Assembly: GCA_965372635.1 (NCBI GenBank)
Contig: CBDVDA010000003.1
Location: 1-47,953 of the forward strand
From: an uncultured bacterium
GTDB taxonomy: Bacteria; Desulfobacterota; JADFVX01
Length of the DNA stretch: 47,953 nt
Direction of reading: 5' to 3'
A program made the position numbers and the translations under genes. Under the pieces are notes generated by a model, which saw only the letters and a program-made list of their open reading frames with translations, made no database searches and was not told where the DNA came from. Positions 45,775-47,953 of this stretch are shown piece by piece (positions within the stretch are counted from its first letter, which is position 1; every line of letters begins with the position of its first letter).

Positions 45775-47952
45775 TTAGGAAATTATGAATGTTCCGGCTA
45801 TTTCCAGTTCGCCGATTCCTGTTATCCCAGGTTGTACCGGTTCGCATCTATCCGTCGTTTCGATAAAGTGTTTCTTCATCGGAACGGCAATGCTCCAGGG
45901 ATAAAAAGGGGCGATATTATTCGCCTCTTTCCCGCGACTCTCTTCGTTGACCGTATCAAAAAGGCGGAAAATATCTTCATCGTGGCTGGTAATATGGAGC
46001 ATCGAAAAATCGGTGACGAAATCGACGAACTCCTGATTACCTATAAAGGACATGATGTCATGACTCCTTACACACCAGCCGAACCTTGCGCCGGACCCTC
46101 TGCTGCTCCAGGGAGAAAGGTAATCTGTTATGGCATCGTTTAGAAGATTAATATAATATCCTCCGCTCATACCCTTGCTGAACTTGACGGCACACCGAAT
46201 CTGGATCTGTTCATAGTCCGGATTCCTCACCGTTATCTGTATAAAAGGAGAGGACAGTTTCTCTGCAAACTCCCTCACCTTTTTTAACACAAGGTCACTC
46301 ACCATAGGATTGACATTCACAAGTGACCCACGTTGAAGGGACGGAATGATCACAATCAAAACATTTCCGGGGCACATTCGATATTCAGGTCTCGGATCGT
46401 CCACCATACTGGCAAAGCATTTAACTTTAAATAACTCGGGGAACTGCTCCAGTATAAGTCTTTCATAATCCCATTCAGTGACAGCCCTGTTTTTGTGCCT
46501 CACGCGCTCCGTCACCCTCCGCAGGAATTGATCCCGATTCTCCGGCAGGCTATCGCTGAATGATTCCATAACCTGCGTCACTTCAGCAATTCCAGGGATG
46601 GATGATTTTGGCTTCTGTATGGTACCAGGCGGCAATGTGATGGCCTGTTTATTTGATCTGTTTCCATCATAATAACGGCTAACCTTTATGGCATTGGTCC
46701 TCACAGAATAAAGACTGCACCACCGTTCCGGACGATTATCAACCGACGCCCGCAGCCAGAATAACCCAGACGGCATTATCGTATTTTTCTTCCCGGCACC
46801 CTCCGGGATATCAAGGGTCACAATCCCCGACGACAGAAACCCGCACGTTGTATCCGATAGGACATGACGTTTTTCAAGCTTCTTCCATTGGTTCGATGAA
46901 AGGTAATGCCATACGAATTCAGAAGGTTCTCCACCTGCATCGGGAGAGGAATCCTCGCACAAGTGAAAAAAGAGCGTAAGTATGCCGTCCAGTTCTTTTG
47001 CGTCCAATCCTATGAAGAGGTTGCCATCAAAATCATACTGGGGGAGCATGTTGAAGTTCCTCTGTTTTCCCGGCAGCAAATGTTCTAATCCGAATGGATG
47101 TATGTGGTAGAACCTTTCTTTGGCAAGAGTGTCATCGGATGAAGTGATTTGCTCAGGGTTTAATGTTGCAACAGCGCTGTAACTGATCGAAATAGCATTC
47201 ACGAGAGGGGTATAGGGAGGATTTGGCACAGGCTTAAAGAAGCGGGGCTTTTTCACTCTGGCATTTGCCGTCAACACTTTTGTTAATTCGTTTGCATAGT
47301 CCCGGTGTCCGAAAGCATAATCAGGGTCGGCGAGCGTAATTTTAATAAAACCGTCCTTGGTTTTCGAGTTGCAAACAAAACCCTCTTCCGTTGAAATCCG
47401 ATCTGACGGTTTTAAAAAACCTATAACTTCATTGCAGGACAACAGACTTGTTTTATTAATTATTTGCCATCCCTTATCACTCCCGTCGTTTTTCTCTGTC
47501 TGAAAGAGGTTGACCTTATTTTGTTCATTCTCTTCGTATGATTTCCATTCCGACCCGCTTAAGGCAGAAAGGCTTGCCTTAAAAAGATTATTATAATAAA
47601 GCCCTTCATAGGCCCCATAATACTCTCTAAACCCGCCCTTCCCCTTTGGCAGGTCTCCCCACTCCACGTCTAGTTCGAAACGGGTAAGATGTTTTCTGGC
47701 TGATTCAAAATTGCCGACAATAAAATAGGAACCGGCAGAAGGAACGGGGCCAAAAGGGTTGAATGGATTATTCGGGTCCAGTTGCCCCAAATTGTTATAT
47801 ATCTTTACATCTCTCACACCTGTCACATCGACAGCAAGCTTGATTTCCTTCACTATATAATCCTTAAGGAGTGAATAGGGGTCGAGATATGCCGTTGGAT
47901 TTATAATGAAGCGAATCAGAGGCAGGTCTGTACTGTACTCTCCTCCATGAAT
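45775..47952 (-). CDS. eCIS baseplate J/gp47-like protein (Afp11-like), 5'-truncated by the window
   Basis: PFNPFG..P..GSYF, WHYLSSNQW, SGIV and RVTERVRHKNRAVTEWDYERLILEQFP motifs; frame open to the window end. Confidence 0.9.
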   Translation of the reverse strand: MHGGEYSTDLPLIRFIINPTAYLDPYSLLKDYIVKEIKLAVDVTGVRDVKIYNNLGQLDPNNPFNPFGPVPSAGSYFIVGNFESARKHLTRFELDVEWGDLPKGKGGFREYYGAYEGLYYNNLFKASLSALSGSEWKSYEENEQNKVNLFQTEKNDGSDKGWQIINKTSLLSCNEVIGFLKPSDRISTEEGFVCNSKTKDGFIKITLADPDYAFGHRDYANELTKVLTANARVKKPRFFKPVPNPPYTPLVNAISISYSAVATLNPEQITSSDDTLAKERFYHIHPFGLEHLLPGKQRNFNMLPQYDFDGNLFIGLDAKELDGILTLFFHLCEDSSPDAGGEPSEFVWHYLSSNQWKKLEKRHVLSDTTCGFLSSGIVTLDIPEGAGKKNTIMPSGLFWLRASVDNRPERWCSLYSVRTNAIKVSRYYDGNRSNKQAITLPPGTIQKPKSSIPGIAEVTQVMESFSDSLPENRDQFLRRVTERVRHKNRAVTEWDYERLILEQFPELFKVKCFASMVDDPRPEYRMCPGNVLIVIIPSLQRGSLVNVNPMVSDLVLKKVREFAEKLSSPFIQITVRNPDYEQIQIRCAVKFSKGMSGGYYINLLNDAITDYLSPWSSRGSGARFGWCVRSHDIMSFIGNQEFVDFVTDFSMLHITSHDEDIFRLFDTVNEESRGKEANNIAPFYPWSIAVPMKKHFIETTDRCEPVQPGITGIGELEIAGTFIIS

Positions 47953-47953
47953 C

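Noticed and set aside
574-47088. Numerous overlapping alternative-frame and antisense ORFs in the track (e.g. 9585-10475, 15895-16710, 19096-19764, 35299-35877)
   Set aside because: They overlap well-supported genes, lack motifs, and are expected shadows in GC-rich coding DNA.
38654-47953. Prophage tail region
   Set aside because: Afp11/12/14/15-like genes with DUF4157 cargo and no capsid, terminase or integrase indicate an eCIS.

Overview
Bacterial genomic window, plausibly from an anaerobic or microaerobic deltaproteobacterium or Nitrospinota-like organism (inferred from gene content only). It has four blocks. (1) 1-2161: 3' part of a large repeat-rich surface protein ending in a dockerin, coupled to a cohesin-like lipoprotein. 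(2) ~2300-14420: a selenium-centred island that the ORF track fragments. It holds two TlpA-like UxxC selenoproteins and an ArsM-like Sec methyltransferase, each with an in-frame TGA plus a downstream hairpin, and a fourth candidate selenoprotein whose read-through would be translationally coupled to one TlpA. It also holds a split YeeE/YedE pair, a porin plus putative selenate-type ABC transporter, a selenium-associated-type LysR regulator with candidate boxes, two unannotated Cys-rich desulforedoxin-like peptides with near-identical promoters, and a pseudo-symmetric 4-His membrane protein. (3) 14415-20612: CydA-like (bd-like) subunit with three c-type cytochromes, one fused to an EB_dh-like domain, resembling modules in nitrite oxidisers and anammox bacteria. 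(4) 20727-47953: distal half of an extracellular contractile injection system (Afp11/12/13/14/15-like) with seven ORFs sharing an N-terminal leader. Four carry DUF4157; C-termini include EndoU, glycosyltransferase, deaminase, papain-like and unknown domains. Membrane/peptidoglycan-binding accessory genes sit inside this block. Palindromic repeats fill many spacers, and one lies in frame inside an effector. Family assignments come from motif recognition by eye, not database searches.
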